This document shows, piece by piece, positions 24,359 through 35,996 of a stretch of 64,000 nucleotides of DNA (positions within the stretch are counted from its first letter, which is position 1; the number at the start of each line of letters is the position of its first letter). Origin of the DNA: Squalus acanthias. Lineage: Eukaryota. A program made the position numbers and the translations under genes. The notes under the pieces are model-generated. The model had not been told where the DNA came from, did not search any database, and was given only the letters and a program-made list of their open reading frames with translations. Location: contig CM059440.1 of NCBI GenBank assembly GCA_030390025.1, forward strand, positions 67,208,001 through 67,272,000. The letters run 5' to 3'.

Positions 24359-25735
24359 ATGAAGCTGTTACTTATATTTTGCATATTAATCGGACTGATA
24401 CGCATGACGTGCCAAAGAGGTGGGGAAGGATCCCGAAAGAAACGAGAATTACACGTTAACACTTTCTTGTACATGTCTTACGAGCATGCTAAAACTAGTG
24501 GTAGATCTAGTTGTTGGGTCTGTGCCCATATACCTATTCACACCACGGGAGGGATCCCCCTCAGATCAATTCCCTTTAATACTTCCGAAACAGCAGAATG
24601 GGTAATAAGAAGAAACAGTTCAAGGGACCCGGATAAGACCTCAGATGTAGAACAGTGGAGATCAGCAGGGTATAACCTAACCACCTTTCAGGGGTGGTAT
24701 CAGCCCAATTAGAATCATACTCGAACACCCCAGTTTCTTGTATTAACTAATACCTCAGGAGTCGGTAGACCACAAGGGGCATTATGTTTTAAAAAGCAGG
24801 CTGCAGTAAGCAGGATGCAGGATGAAAAGAAAGTCGGAGAGAGTTCCTGTAATCAAACAGTCATGTGGCAACCACCAATTCCTGGCCTGCTTGAGCAGGG
24901 ATTTTTTCAGTTTGACTGGACTAAAGTAAATAATAAAACCAGTAGGTCCCCCTGAACAGGCACCCCTATCCGAATATGGATGGGAGGAGAGGGTAACTTG
25001 ACGGCCTATTGCACCTATTTTATATGCGGGAACAAGGCTTATCCATGGTTGCCACATAACTGGACAGGGTCCTGCTATTTGGGTTATGTAGTACCTTATA
25101 TCCACATTTTAGACGAGATAGGAGAACATCATGAATTCCAAAGAAGTAAAAGAGAGATAGCAACTTATGAAAGAGTCTTTGGAGTATTAATAGCCCCATA
25201 CGGAATAGGGAAGTTAATGGGAGAAGTAAATGAGCTAGCAGATCTGATAGAAAAAGTGGCAAATTAAACTGAGGAAGGATTGTCCGAAATGAGTGCTGAA
25301 ATGGTAGTTATAAGAGTAATGACATTGTAGAATCGAATGGCATTAGATTATCTGTTGGCAAATAAAGGAGGAACTTGTGCTTTGATAGGGAGTGAATGTT
25401 GTACCTATATCCCAGACAGTTCAGAAAATATAACTAACATAGTTAAACACATAAGAGATGCAGTGAGTCAGTATAAGAATCCAAAGAGCCAAGGATGGTT
25501 TGACTGGATACTGGGAGGATGGCTGGGATCAATGGGACAAATATTATTGCATGGACTAGTAGTAGTGGTTGCAGTAATTCTGTTTGTCACAATGATTAAA
25601 TGCTGTTGTAATAGGCTAGGTAAGGCAGTTATACCCGGAGGAAGTATGATGGTACAGAGGGAAGTAAATGAAGAAGAGGAGAAGAACAGTCCCCTAGGGG
25701 AAGAGCTAAGGCGATTGGGTAAGATAAATTTTTAA
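24359..25735 (+). pseudogene. env: Gamma-type retroviral env (SU-TM), disrupted
   Basis: Signal peptide, CWVC (CXXC), CGNKAY..LP.NWTGSC, furin site RSKR, ISD L*NRMALDYLLA, CX6CC (TCALIGSECC), TM; stops at ~24710 and ~25328 plus frameshifts. Preceded by an integrase C-terminal motif WIHASHCKKA (~24310-24340). Confidence 0.92.
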
Positions 25736-27015
25736 GGATTAGATGACCAAGATGATGCCAGTTACAGTGGCCAAAATTAAAACTGGACAAATTAGAATTG
25801 AAAGAATTACATGCCCAACCCTAAGGATAGACAGAAAGGAGAGACGATCTTAAATAAGGTCAGCCATCAATACAGGTATAATCCCGAGGATGGTTAAAAC
25901 AGAAAAGAAGTTGGCATCCCTGGCCAAAATTCAAATTTGGTACAGGAACCGACAGGAGAGACCAAAAGGGTTAAATTGAGCTATTTTGTCCTAGAAGGAC
26001 AAAAAGGGGGGAATGTGGAAGTGTATTTTCTTACTTGGACACAAAATGGCTTCCTAGACACAGAATAAGAGATACAAAATGGCCGACTCTGACTTGCCTG
26101 GGAAAAGATAGTAGTTGTTTATGACTTCTCATGGTGATGAATTTAAACTTTGCAGACTATGCTGTTTTTGCAGCAACTGGTACAGAACAAAGAGTCTTCT
26201 TCTAATCAACTTGAGATAACCAAGGACTAGTGAAGTAAACATTTAGCCTTTGATTCCGGATGGCATGGTGGGAGGAGAACAAGCTTCCTCCGTGAGAAGA
26301 GATTAGCTAGCCTTATCTCAAGGTATTCCTGCTCCTTTAACCTTTCTGACCTTTTAGAAAGTCCTCCTTAAACATACACATACTCCTTTTTAACTTGTTT
26401 TTGTAGGCGCTATGCTTTTAATCAACTGTGATTTAATACCATGTCATGTGATATAGAAAGCTTGTATTTTCAGTGTATAAAGATGTTGTATTTTCTGTGA
26501 TTCTTCAGAGTGTCAAGTAGCCTTTGACTACATGCATTCTCCTTGTGAGCAAGTAAATAATAAAGCCTGTCTTTGACGATACTTTATGTTTCAAGAGTCT
26601 TACTCAGGAGTCGAAACTTTGACACTCCTCAAAGCCTTTCCACCATCTACAAGGCACAAGTCAGGAGTGTGATGGAATACTCTCCACTTGCCTGGATGAG
26701 TGCAGCTCCAACAACACTCAAGAAGCTCGACACCATCCAGGACAAAGCAGCCCGCTTGATTGGCACCCCATCCACCACCTTAAACATTCACTCCCTCCAC
26801 CAGCGACGCCAACATCTAATGAACGAATAAAAAAAAATAACTTGTTGGAAGTTTGCGTTCTGGGCATCAAGTGAGGACAGTATCAGACTAGGCTGTGGAG
26901 CCTCCCATTGTCAAATACCCGGTCAACATTCATTCTCTGGGCTCACACATGTAGAATGACCACTTGGTCAAATTCCTGTTTATTAATGTATATTCATTCA
27001 CATAATAATTACCAT

Positions 27016-27793
27016 GGCCCAGAATTTGAGGTCAGCAGCGAAGCGAAGGTGTTTGCTGTTGGCCCCGAAGTATGCTCCATCCAAGGATCTCGCAACCCCT
27101 GTGTCGTGAACTTAGGGTTTCAGTTCAATTCAACAGACTTTTAGTGGGGTATCCCTTGTTCGAACTGCTGTGACGTCAACAGGCTGTCTAAGCAGCCAAT
27201 CAAAAGGCAGAATTCTCAGACAGCGAACAAGGAAGTCAGTAAGCTCTTAAAATTCTAACTTTTAAAAATAGTTAGAAGAGAGCAAAGGAAAGACTGGGGC
27301 TCTGACATGGGGAAAAGGCAAACCTGAAATAAAGATGGACCAATTTTTACAATAAATGTAACAATTTTTTTTTGAAAAGTTTGTTAAAAATTAAATTTTT
27401 TATTAAAATGGACAAATTTCACACTGCACAAAATTTATAGTTTTCCAGGCCCTTAACATTTGTTTACCAGTCAATATGCTATTAAAACCCAGTTACACCT
27501 AATCCCTTTGGGTCTAACTTGTAGTGGGGAATTTAACAGTGCAATTACTGCGGAAGAGCCAAAGTTTTCCTCAGTTTCAATGATTTGGTTGATTTCACTG
27601 ATTGCCGCTCTGTGGGTGAGGGGGTGGGGGGGGGGGGCACAGCACAGCCTGTGTTGGAGTTGTTAATGAATAACTTGGGGATTTCCGTGTGCACTTGCAC
27701 ATGTGCCAAATCCCAAAGTTGCGATCAGTTTCAAAGGCGGAATGACAGCAAATGCTGCCAGTTAGCCATCATCCAGACCGCAAATTCCGGGCC
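27016..27793. mobile_element. Non-autonomous DNA transposon (Harbinger-like MITE)
   Basis: TIRs GGCCCAGAATTTG / CAAATTCCGGGCC; 3-bp TSD CAT; empty site visible in the paralogous region at ~155-162. Confidence 0.8.
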
Positions 27794-27828
27794 CATGTTC
27801 ATGCATGTCTTGCATGTCTTTCTTTAAG

Positions 27829-27912
27829 GAGTTTATCAACTAAGAGAAACAGCATTGAGAATGAAATCTCAGTTCCTTTTTCTTGTTCTGTGGGGACAAC
27901 TCGTAGTTGGTG
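27829..27912 (+). pseudogene. B7-like paralog B leader exon with dead splice donor
   Basis: Homologous to 194-277; ATG at 27861 gives MKSQFLFLVLWGQLVVG; donor is GAAAGT instead of GTAAGT; flanks 26857-28120 match 1-470. Confidence 0.8.
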
Positions 27913-30518
27913 GAAAGTTGTAAATAATTTTCAAGGAACTAGATGTGAAGTTCTGCATTTGCTTTTTGCTCCTCTTCAATATTTATACAGAATTACACTT
28001 AGGGATCTGTTCATATTGTTAGCTTTTTAACTGGCAGCTTTAAAATCAGTTTCTTTCATTTACAACCAAACAATCCAGGAAGTGGATGGTCCAGTGGGTT
28101 AGCACAGGGTGTGAATTATGGCTCATGGAGTGTGTGGAACCCCAATTACTGAGTCACAGAGCCCCGTCGCCACAACAGACGGGTCAAGCTTTACATTCAA
28201 CAGCTTATGGTCAAGCAGGAAGTTTCACCACAATTGTAGGAAAAAGGATACAGACACAAGTTTTAAATAATATAAAATCAGGATTCCTGCAGGCACGCAG
28301 GTCCCTTTAATATGCTTCTTACTTTAAGAGAGGCCTTTTTCATCTCCCTCCAAGACAAAGCTGGCAATCGTATAAACAGGCACCGTGGTTAAAATTAGAG
28401 GCACCGTCAGGCGAGGAACAGAACGTAGATGAGAAATAGGAGTGAGCCAAGGATAGATCGTTGAGGGACACCAGAGGGAACGGTGATTCTCTGGCTAGGA
28501 CTGGATCGATAATAATGGAAATACAAAAGCAAATTACTGCAGATGCTGGAAATCTGAAATAAAAACAGAAAATGCTGGAAATACTCAGCAGGTCAGGCAG
28601 CATCTGTGGAGAGAGAAACAGCGTTAACGTTTCAGGTCGATGATCCTTCGTCAGAACTGGGATAGATAATAATGGAACCAGGCGACCAATGTTCCACGCA
28701 AGGTGCGCGGCCGTGCAGCGATCTGTAAGGTCCCGCGCAGTCAAAGACACAGGCTGTGAGCTGGAGAGCTGGAGCTAGGGGAGGGGCCCAATACCCAACG
28801 GCCAAAGCGCGAGCAGGAAAAAGTCAGAGATGAGAGAATGTCCCGGGAATCCTCACAGGGAGAGTCGTTTGTGACCTTACAAAGCCGATCCGAATTGGAA
28901 CGGCGTTTGCTAAGATCTGGAGCCCTGGAACCCTTCGAGCGTTGTCTCGGGATTCTGTCGGTACTTTTTCGTGGAGACGCGTGTCGTCGTTTCCTGGGGA
29001 TTGAGCGGGGGCGGCACTTTGGAACAACACACCGCGGGAGCCAGTTATTAATCGGAACAAGTTGAGGAAAAAGCTTCCGCGGTAACCAGGGCGACAGGTG
29101 TCATTTCACCAAACCGCTCCGAGACCTCAATGTGTGCGGCTGGCAGGAAAGTGAATGCAGTTTTATTTTTATTATCTTACATTTGGAATATATTTTTGAG
29201 GTTAACTTTTTGGAAGAAAAAAAAATGATCACATATTTAACGCCCGTATATTTATTTAATGTAAATGTTTATTTTTGAGTAAACAAACGTTAACGTCCCA
29301 AAGGCGTTTTATTTAAAACGTCACTCGGGTTTTAAAGCCTTAAAAATGTCCAACGTTTTTGAAACTGAAGCCAAGAGGAAGACGACGACGTGTTGCAGCT
29401 TTGCGATAGGTGCACTATTGACAAACGGATCGCCCCTCGATATTTCAGAACTTTCCTGATCTCTAGATAGTGAGTGTCTTGGTGAGCCTCTTCAGGCAAA
29501 CTGTTTCTTAATGCTTCATGTTTCAATTCACGCGGTGTAATGCAGACAAAGGTGAGCTGTGGATGTGTAACCCAAGAAGACGGTCCTGAAATGGAAATGT
29601 TCCGCTTTTTAATCTTAAATTAGGCCGCAGTTCTACAAGCGCTTTTGCTCCTGTGGAAAGTGGTTTTTGGTGCACTTCAATGAAAAAGTGGTGGTATAAC
29701 CTAAGAGAGATAATTGAAGGTACTAAAGGCGTGAGTAATGAGTCTGGTACGGGTTTATGTTCGCACTGAGTGCACATTAACTCCAGCTTTAGTTTCTCAC
29801 CACCTCCCAACAAATGTTGGAAACAAAGTTATTGCTAATGTCTGATGTAATAATAAGAAAACTTAACAGAACAAGTCATTTGGTTCATCAAGTGTTTGCC
29901 TTCCACCAACAATATCCAGTCTATTTGTTTTTGGGATGAGATGTTAAATCTGCTCCTGTGGTTCAGATGGACTAATAACGGACAGCTAGCACAGATTTGT
30001 TAAAGGCAAATCGTGTCTGACTAACCTGATTGAGTTCTTTGATGAAGTACCAGCGAGGGTTGATGAAGGTAGTGTCGTAGATGTATATATGGACTTTAAA
30101 AAGACATTTGATGAAGTACCACATAACAGACTTATTGGGAAAATAGAAGCAAATGGTATTAAAAGGACAGTGGTAACTTGGGTGCATAATTGGCTACGGG
30201 ATAGGACGCAGAGAGTAGTGGTGAACGGATGTTTTTCTGACTGGAGAGAAGTATGCAGTGGGGTCCCCCAGGGGTTGGTATTGGGACCATTGCTTTACTT
30301 GTTACATATAAATTACCGACACAGACCTCAAGTATCTACAGAGATGCAAGAAAGCAGACAAGATCCCGAAAGGATTACAGATCACGAACCCACTCAAGTC
30401 GACATACAACACAGACTACGCTGAGAGACTCTGCCGTCATACCTCTCGCACACTCCTCAACCATCTCGTAGACCAGCTCTACAGCAAACGCCGCAACCTC
30501 GAAACCAAGATAGAGTCC

Positions 30519-32927
30519 ATGCTCTCAGCCTATGCTCAGGACACAGCAGACCAGCTACGAGACACCGCCAAACAGACGAGGCAACGGAACTACGCTGCCT
30601 ACATGCGCATCAAGAACAGGAAGCTTGAGAAACTCGGCATCACCACCAGCAGCAACCAAGCCTCCCCCGGTACCACGGTTGCAACCACAGGGAAGTCCAT
30701 CGTCAACTTGTCCGACCACACCCTTCAACCAGACGAAATCGAAGTTCTCAACCGAGGGCTCATTTTCTGCCCCACCACCAAAATGGACCCCATCGGTCTC
30801 GCGGCAGACACAGAGGAATTCATCAGGAGAATGAGGATCCGGGAATTCTTCCACGAATCCCAAGATGTCAGCAGCGAACCCAATGAGACAATCAATGATC
30901 CGGAACAGCAGACAGAGGGACTCGCAGTGCAGCAACCAAAGAAGAAAGAGTCAAATTGGACCCCTCCGGAGGGTCGTTGCCCTAAGCTTGACATGTATGC
31001 TCAAGCTGTCAGGAGATGCATCAATGCCAGATTCATCAGCCGCACTCACAAGACAGTCCAGAATGTCACCCGAGCACAACGCAACGCCATCCACGCTCTC
31101 AAGACCAACCGCAACATCGTCATCAAACCAGCGGACAAAGGAGGAGCCATCATCATACAGAACAGAATGGACTATTGCAAAGAAGCATACCGACAACTGG
31201 ACAACCTGGAACACTACAGACAGTTACCCGCAGATCCGACCAAAGAACACACCCGCCAACTCAATAGACTGATCAAGACCTTCGATCCAGACCTTCAAAG
31301 CATCCTACGCGCTCTCATCCCACGTACTCCCCGCGTGGGAGACTTCTACTGCCTCCCAAAGATACACAAAGCCAACACACCCGGACGTCCTATCGTATCA
31401 GGCAACGGAACCCTGTGTGAGAACCTCTCTGGATACGTCGAGGGCATCCTGAAACCCATCGTACAGGGAACCCGCAGCTTCTGTCACGACACCACAGACT
31501 TCTTACAGAAACTCAGCACCCATGGACCAGTTGAACCAGGAACACTCCTCGCCACGATGGACGTATCGGCACTCTACAACAGTATCCCCCACGATGACGG
31601 CATCGCTGCGACAGCCTCAGTACTCAACACCAACAACAGCCAATCTCCAGACGCCATCCTACAACTCATTCACTTCATCCTTGACCACAATGTCTTCACC
31701 TTCGACAACCAGTTTTTTATCCAAACACACGGAACAGCCATGGGGGCCAAATTCGCACCCCAATACGCCAACATCTTCATGCACAAGTTCGAGCAAGACT
31801 TCTTCGCTGCACAGGACCTCCAACCAACGCTGTACACCAGATACATCTACGACATTTTCTTCCTTTGGACCCAAAGCAAAGGATCACTGAAAAGACTATA
31901 CGATAACATCAACAAGTTCCATCCCACCATCAAACTCACCATGGACTACTCCTCAGAATCGGTTTCATTCTTGGACACACGAATCTCCATCAAAGACGGA
32001 CACCTCAGCACTTCACTCTACCGCAAGCCCACGGACAACCTCACGATGCTCCACTTCTCCAGCTTCCACCCTAACCACGTTAAAGAAGCCATCCCCTATG
32101 GACAAGCCCTGCGAATACACAGGATCTGCTCAGACGAGGAGGAACGCGATGGACACCTACGGACGCTGAAAGACGCCCTCGTAAGAACAGGATATGACGC
32201 TCGACTCATCGATCGACAGTTCCGACGGGCCACAGCGAAAAATCGCATAGACCTCCTCAGAAGACAAACACGGGACACAACCAACAGGGTACCCTACGTC
32301 GTCCAGTACTTCCCCGGAGCAGAGAAACTACGCCATGTTCTTCGCAGCCTTCAACATGTCATCGATGACAACGAACACCTCGCTAAGGCCATCCCCACGC
32401 CTCCACTACTCGCCTTCAAACAGCCGCCTAACCTCAAAAGTACCATCGTTCGCAGCAAATTACCCAGCTTTCAGGAGAACAGCGACCACGACACCACACA
32501 ACCCTGCCACGGCAACCTCTGCAAGACATGCCAGATCATCAACACAGATACCATCATCACACGTGAGGACACTACCCACCAGGTATATGGTACACACTCA
32601 TGTGACTCGGCCAACGTTGTCTACCTCATATGTTGCAGGAAAGGATGCACCGGAGCATGGTACATCAGCGAGACCATGCAGACACTGAGACAACGTATGA
32701 ACGGACACCGCGCAACAATCGCCAGGCAGGATTGTTACCTCCCAGTCGGGGAACACTTCAGCAGTCAAGGACATTCGGCCTCGGATCTGCGGGTAAGCGT
32801 TCTCCAAGGCGGCCTTCGAGACACACGACAACGCAAAATCGTCGAGCAGAAACTGATAGCCAAGTTCCGCACCCATGAGGACGGCCTCAACCGGGATCTT
32901 GGGTTCATGTCACGCTACATGACGTAG
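30519..32927 (+). CDS. Penelope RT-GIY-YIG endonuclease ORF (probably inactive)
   Basis: IKPADKGG, LPKIHK, RPIVS, MDVSALY, GTAMG; catalytic YIDD reads YIYD; GIY-YIG reads VVYLI...WYISET...R.R..H. Confidence 0.9.
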   Translation: MLSAYAQDTADQLRDTAKQTRQRNYAAYMRIKNRKLEKLGITTSSNQASPGTTVATTGKSIVNLSDHTLQPDEIEVLNRGLIFCPTTKMDPIGLAADTEEFIRRMRIREFFHESQDVSSEPNETINDPEQQTEGLAVQQPKKKESNWTPPEGRCPKLDMYAQAVRRCINARFISRTHKTVQNVTRAQRNAIHALKTNRNIVIKPADKGGAIIIQNRMDYCKEAYRQLDNLEHYRQLPADPTKEHTRQLNRLIKTFDPDLQSILRALIPRTPRVGDFYCLPKIHKANTPGRPIVSGNGTLCENLSGYVEGILKPIVQGTRSFCHDTTDFLQKLSTHGPVEPGTLLATMDVSALYNSIPHDDGIAATASVLNTNNSQSPDAILQLIHFILDHNVFTFDNQFFIQTHGTAMGAKFAPQYANIFMHKFEQDFFAAQDLQPTLYTRYIYDIFFLWTQSKGSLKRLYDNINKFHPTIKLTMDYSSESVSFLDTRISIKDGHLSTSLYRKPTDNLTMLHFSSFHPNHVKEAIPYGQALRIHRICSDEEERDGHLRTLKDALVRTGYDARLIDRQFRRATAKNRIDLLRRQTRDTTNRVPYVVQYFPGAEKLRHVLRSLQHVIDDNEHLAKAIPTPPLLAFKQPPNLKSTIVRSKLPSFQENSDHDTTQPCHGNLCKTCQIINTDTIITREDTTHQVYGTHSCDSANVVYLICCRKGCTGAWYISETMQTLRQRMNGHRATIARQDCYLPVGEHFSSQGHSASDLRVSVLQGGLRDTRQRKIVEQKLIAKFRTHEDGLNRDLGFMSRYMT

Positions 32928-33227
32928 AGTCATCCAGACTCGAGTCGTCGTTGGCCTGTTCACAGATGTGATTTCCATTAAAAAAAAGTTAAAATTTTAA
33001 AGTTTATACAGACTGCATTTGACACATTAGACCCCCTGTGACCCCACCTCATTGCCTTAGCTGTATCTTGCTATGTCTTTGATATAATGCCTTCCTGACC
33101 TGATTGTTTCTCTGCCGAGGTGTGATAAAAGGCAGTCAGAAAGATTAACTGTAGTCGTCTGACATTGTACGCTACACAGGCATTGTTCTCTGTCTATATA
33201 TGCTTTGCCGATTCGTATTCCTTCACT

Positions 33228-33265
33228 TCACCTGACGAAGGGGAAGCAGCTCCGAAAGCTTGTGA
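33228..33265 (+). ncRNA. Minimal type I hammerhead ribozyme motif in the Penelope terminus
   Basis: TCAC-CTGACGA-stem II-GAAA-GCTT-GTGA; stem I TCAC/GTGA; palindromic AAGCTT at stem III. Confidence 0.7.
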
Positions 33266-33432
33266 TTTCAAATAAAACTTTTGGACTATAACCTGGTGTT
33301 GTGTGACTTCTCAGTTTGTCCATCCCAGTCCAACACCGGCATCTCCGCATCATAAATTACCTGGACTTGGGAACAGGGAGTACAATTTTGAAGTTTGCGG
33401 ATGATACAAAACCTGGCAATGTGGTAAATAGT

Positions 33433-34712
33433 GAGCGAAGAGGTAGAATGGGATGTGTGAGGAGAGGTAGAATGGGATGTGAGGAGAGGTAGAATGGGAT
33501 GTGTGAGGAGAGGTAGAATGGGATGTGTGAGGAGAGGTAGAATGGGATGTGTGAGGAGAGGTAGAATGGGATGTGAGGAGAGGTAGAATGGGATGTGTGA
33601 GGAGAGGTAGAATGGGATGTGTGAGGAGAGGTAGAATGGGATGTGTGAGGAGAGGTAGAATGGGATGTGAGGAGAGGTAGAATGGGATGTGAGGAGAGGT
33701 AGAATGGGATGTGAGGAGAGGTAGAATGGGATGTGAGGAGAGGTAGAATGGGATGTGAGGAGAGGTAGAATGGGATGTGTGAGGAGAGGTAGAATGGGAT
33801 GTGTGAGGAGAGGTAGAATGGGATGTGTGAGGAGAGGTAGAATGGGATGTGAGGAGAGGTAGAATGGGACGTGTGAGGAGAGGTAGAATGGGATGTGAGA
33901 GGAGAGGTAGAATGGGATGTGAGAGGAGAGGTAGAATGGGATGTGAGGAGAGGTAGAATGGGATGTGAGAGGAGAGGTAGAATGGGATGTGAGGAGAGGT
34001 AGAATGGGACGTGTGAGGAGAGGTAGAATGGGATGTGTGAGGAGAGGTAGAATGGGATGTGAGGAGAGGTAGAATGGGATGTGAGGAGAGGTAGAATGGG
34101 ATGTGAGAGGAGAGGTAGAATGGGATGTGAGGAGAGGTGGAATGGGATGTGTGAGGAGAGGTAGAATGGGATGTGAGGAGAGGTAGAATGGGATGAGAGA
34201 GGAGAGGTAGAATGGGATGTGTGAGGAGAGGTAGAATGGGATGTGAGGAGAGGTAGAATGGGATGTGAGGAGAGGTAGAATGGGATGTGAGGAGAGGTAG
34301 AATGGGATGTGAGGAGAGGTAGAATGGGATGTGTGAGGAGAGGTAGAATGGGATGTGAGGAGAGGTAGAATGGGACGTGTGAGGAGAGGTAGAATGGGAC
34401 GTGTGAGGAGAGGTAGAATGGGCTGTGAGAGGAGAGGTAGAATGGGACGTGTGAGGAGAGGTAGAATGGGCTGTGAGAGGAGAGGTAGAATGGGACGTGT
34501 GAGGAGAGGTAGAATGGGACGTGTGAGGAGAGGTAGAATGGGATGAGAGGAGAGGTAGAATGGGATGTGTGAGGAGAGGTAGAATGGGATGAGAGGAGAG
34601 GTAGAATGGGATGTGTGAGGAGAGGTAGAATGGGATGTGAGGAGAGGTAGAATGGGATGTGTGAGGAGAGGTAGAATGGGATGTGTGAGGAGAGGTGGAA
34701 TGGGATGTGAGA
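33433..34712. repeat. Purine-rich minisatellite, 22/24-bp unit GAGGAGAGGTAGAATGGGATGT(GT), about 55 copies
   Basis: Directly visible tandem array. Confidence 0.97.
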
Positions 34713-35329
34713 GAGCAATGTTCCCCCTAAGCTGCGCATCAATCGCTGTATCTGCAGCAAGCAACAACTCAGGAATATTGTCGTCTGGGAAAATGAGGCA
34801 AAACAAACTTCAAGCTTCAGTCGGTGGATTGCAGGCCAGTAACGCAGAGATCATTCCAGTACAGTGCGAAAGGCCAAACCTTGCACCACTCTGCACATTA
34901 TGCTTGTTTTATAACTACAGATATGGTTTATTCAGCGGGGTAAGGGCTACATACCATGTAACTGTTCGGACTTACTGTTCATTCAAAATAACTTGCATTT
35001 ATACATAGCCAGTAACGTGGAAAAACGCCCCAAGGTGCTTCACAGAGGCGTGATCAGATGCAAATGCACACAGAGCCAAAGAAGGAGATATTAGGATTGG
35101 GTGATCAAAGGCTTGGTCAAAGAGGTGGTTTTTCAGTCGGTTTTAAAGGAGAAAAAAGAGGTAGACCCAAGGTGATTAAGCTTGGCTTCTGTAGGTGTTG
35201 GACTTCAATGTGAATCATAGCGCATAATGCCCACAATGTGTACTGAAGCGAGGTTCCTGCTCACCAAACCTCCAGACCTTGACATAATGGCCATCTTGAT
35301 GGTTTAACTGCTAACCAATTTAACCTGAT

Positions 35330-35910
35330 ACAACAGCAAAATACAGCGGATGCTGGAAAACTGAAATAACAACAGAAAGCGCTGGAAAAACTCAGCAGGC
35401 CAGGCAACATCCGTGGAGAGAGAAACAGAGTTAACATTTCAGGTCGTAGACCCTTCGTCAGAACTGAGAAAAAAGCAGGAAATGAAACAGATGAAAAAGC
35501 AAGTTGGAGGCTGGGGGAGGGAATAAAAGAACAAAAGGGAAGGTCCGTGAGACGTAGAGACATTAAGAGATGCTCAAGGCGAGACGAGATGGTAATAGGA
35601 CAGGTTAAGAAACAAAAGATGGCTCAGAAGTGTGAAATGCGCTGGCAGGATGAGAGACAGCTGCCATGAGGGAGAGAGAGAGAAAAAAAGGGAAAAGGCA
35701 CAAACCAAAAGGGGGGATAAAATGTATATATGTGGTAGGGGCCGAGGTTATGATCTGAAATTGTTGAACTCGATATTGAGTCCGGAAGGCTGTAAAGTGC
35801 CTCATCGGAAGATGAGGTGCTGTTCCTCGAGCTTCCGCTGAGCTTCCGTGGAACAATGCAAGAGGCCGAGGATGGTGAGGTCTGAGTGGGCGTGGAGCGG
35901 TGAGTTAAAA
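35330..35910 (-). mobile_element. Penelope-like (second family) 3' fragment with a hammerhead motif at 35429-35465
   Basis: Reverse complement matches the tail at 47100-47670. Confidence 0.75.
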
Positions 35911-35996
35911 TTTAACCTGATGTTTCCTGTCTGAATTTAAAAGGAACCGGAGATGACCTGGGCAATCCCAGATAGCTAATGTGACCTTGCTAATAG

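Larger units (their letters stand above)
18328..26624 (+). mobile_element. Endogenous retrovirus (class I, gamma/epsilon-like backbone), defective and chimeric
   Basis: 611-bp LTRs at 18328-18938 and 26014-26624, about 8 substitutions by eye; 4-bp TSD CTCC; PPT AAAAAGGGGGGAA at 26001-26013; LTR contains TATAAA and AATAAA. Confidence 0.95.
17835..26837 (+). mobile_element. CR1/L2-group LINE interrupted by the ERV (LINE parts 17835-18327 and 26625-26837)
   Basis: QGSVLGPTIFSCFINDL and FADD. The LINE sequence ...cctgactcc resumes as ctcctcaaagcctttcc after the 3' LTR, matching the uninterrupted copy at ~5615-5640. Confidence 0.88.
30318..33351 (+). mobile_element. Penelope-like retroelement (RT plus GIY-YIG), 5'-truncated
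   Basis: TSD ATAAATTACC (30308-30317, 33352-33361); open frame from 30318 to 32927; 3' end ...CTCCGCATCA with a hammerhead motif. Confidence 0.95.
29985..33435 (+). mobile_element. CR1 LINE RT fragment split by the Penelope insertion (CR1 parts 29985-30317 and 33352-33435)
   Basis: MDFKKTFDEVPH...GVPQGLVLGP before the insertion and LKFADDTK after it. Confidence 0.85.

Noticed and set aside
24359-25735. Domesticated syncytin-like env
   Set aside because: Multiple stops and frameshifts, including one in the ISD.
33433-34712. CRISPR-like array
   Set aside because: No unique spacers; a plain tandem repeat in eukaryotic DNA.
33286-34806. 506-aa and 467-aa minus-strand ORFs
   Set aside because: They are translations of the stop-free strand of the minisatellite; low complexity, no gene structure.
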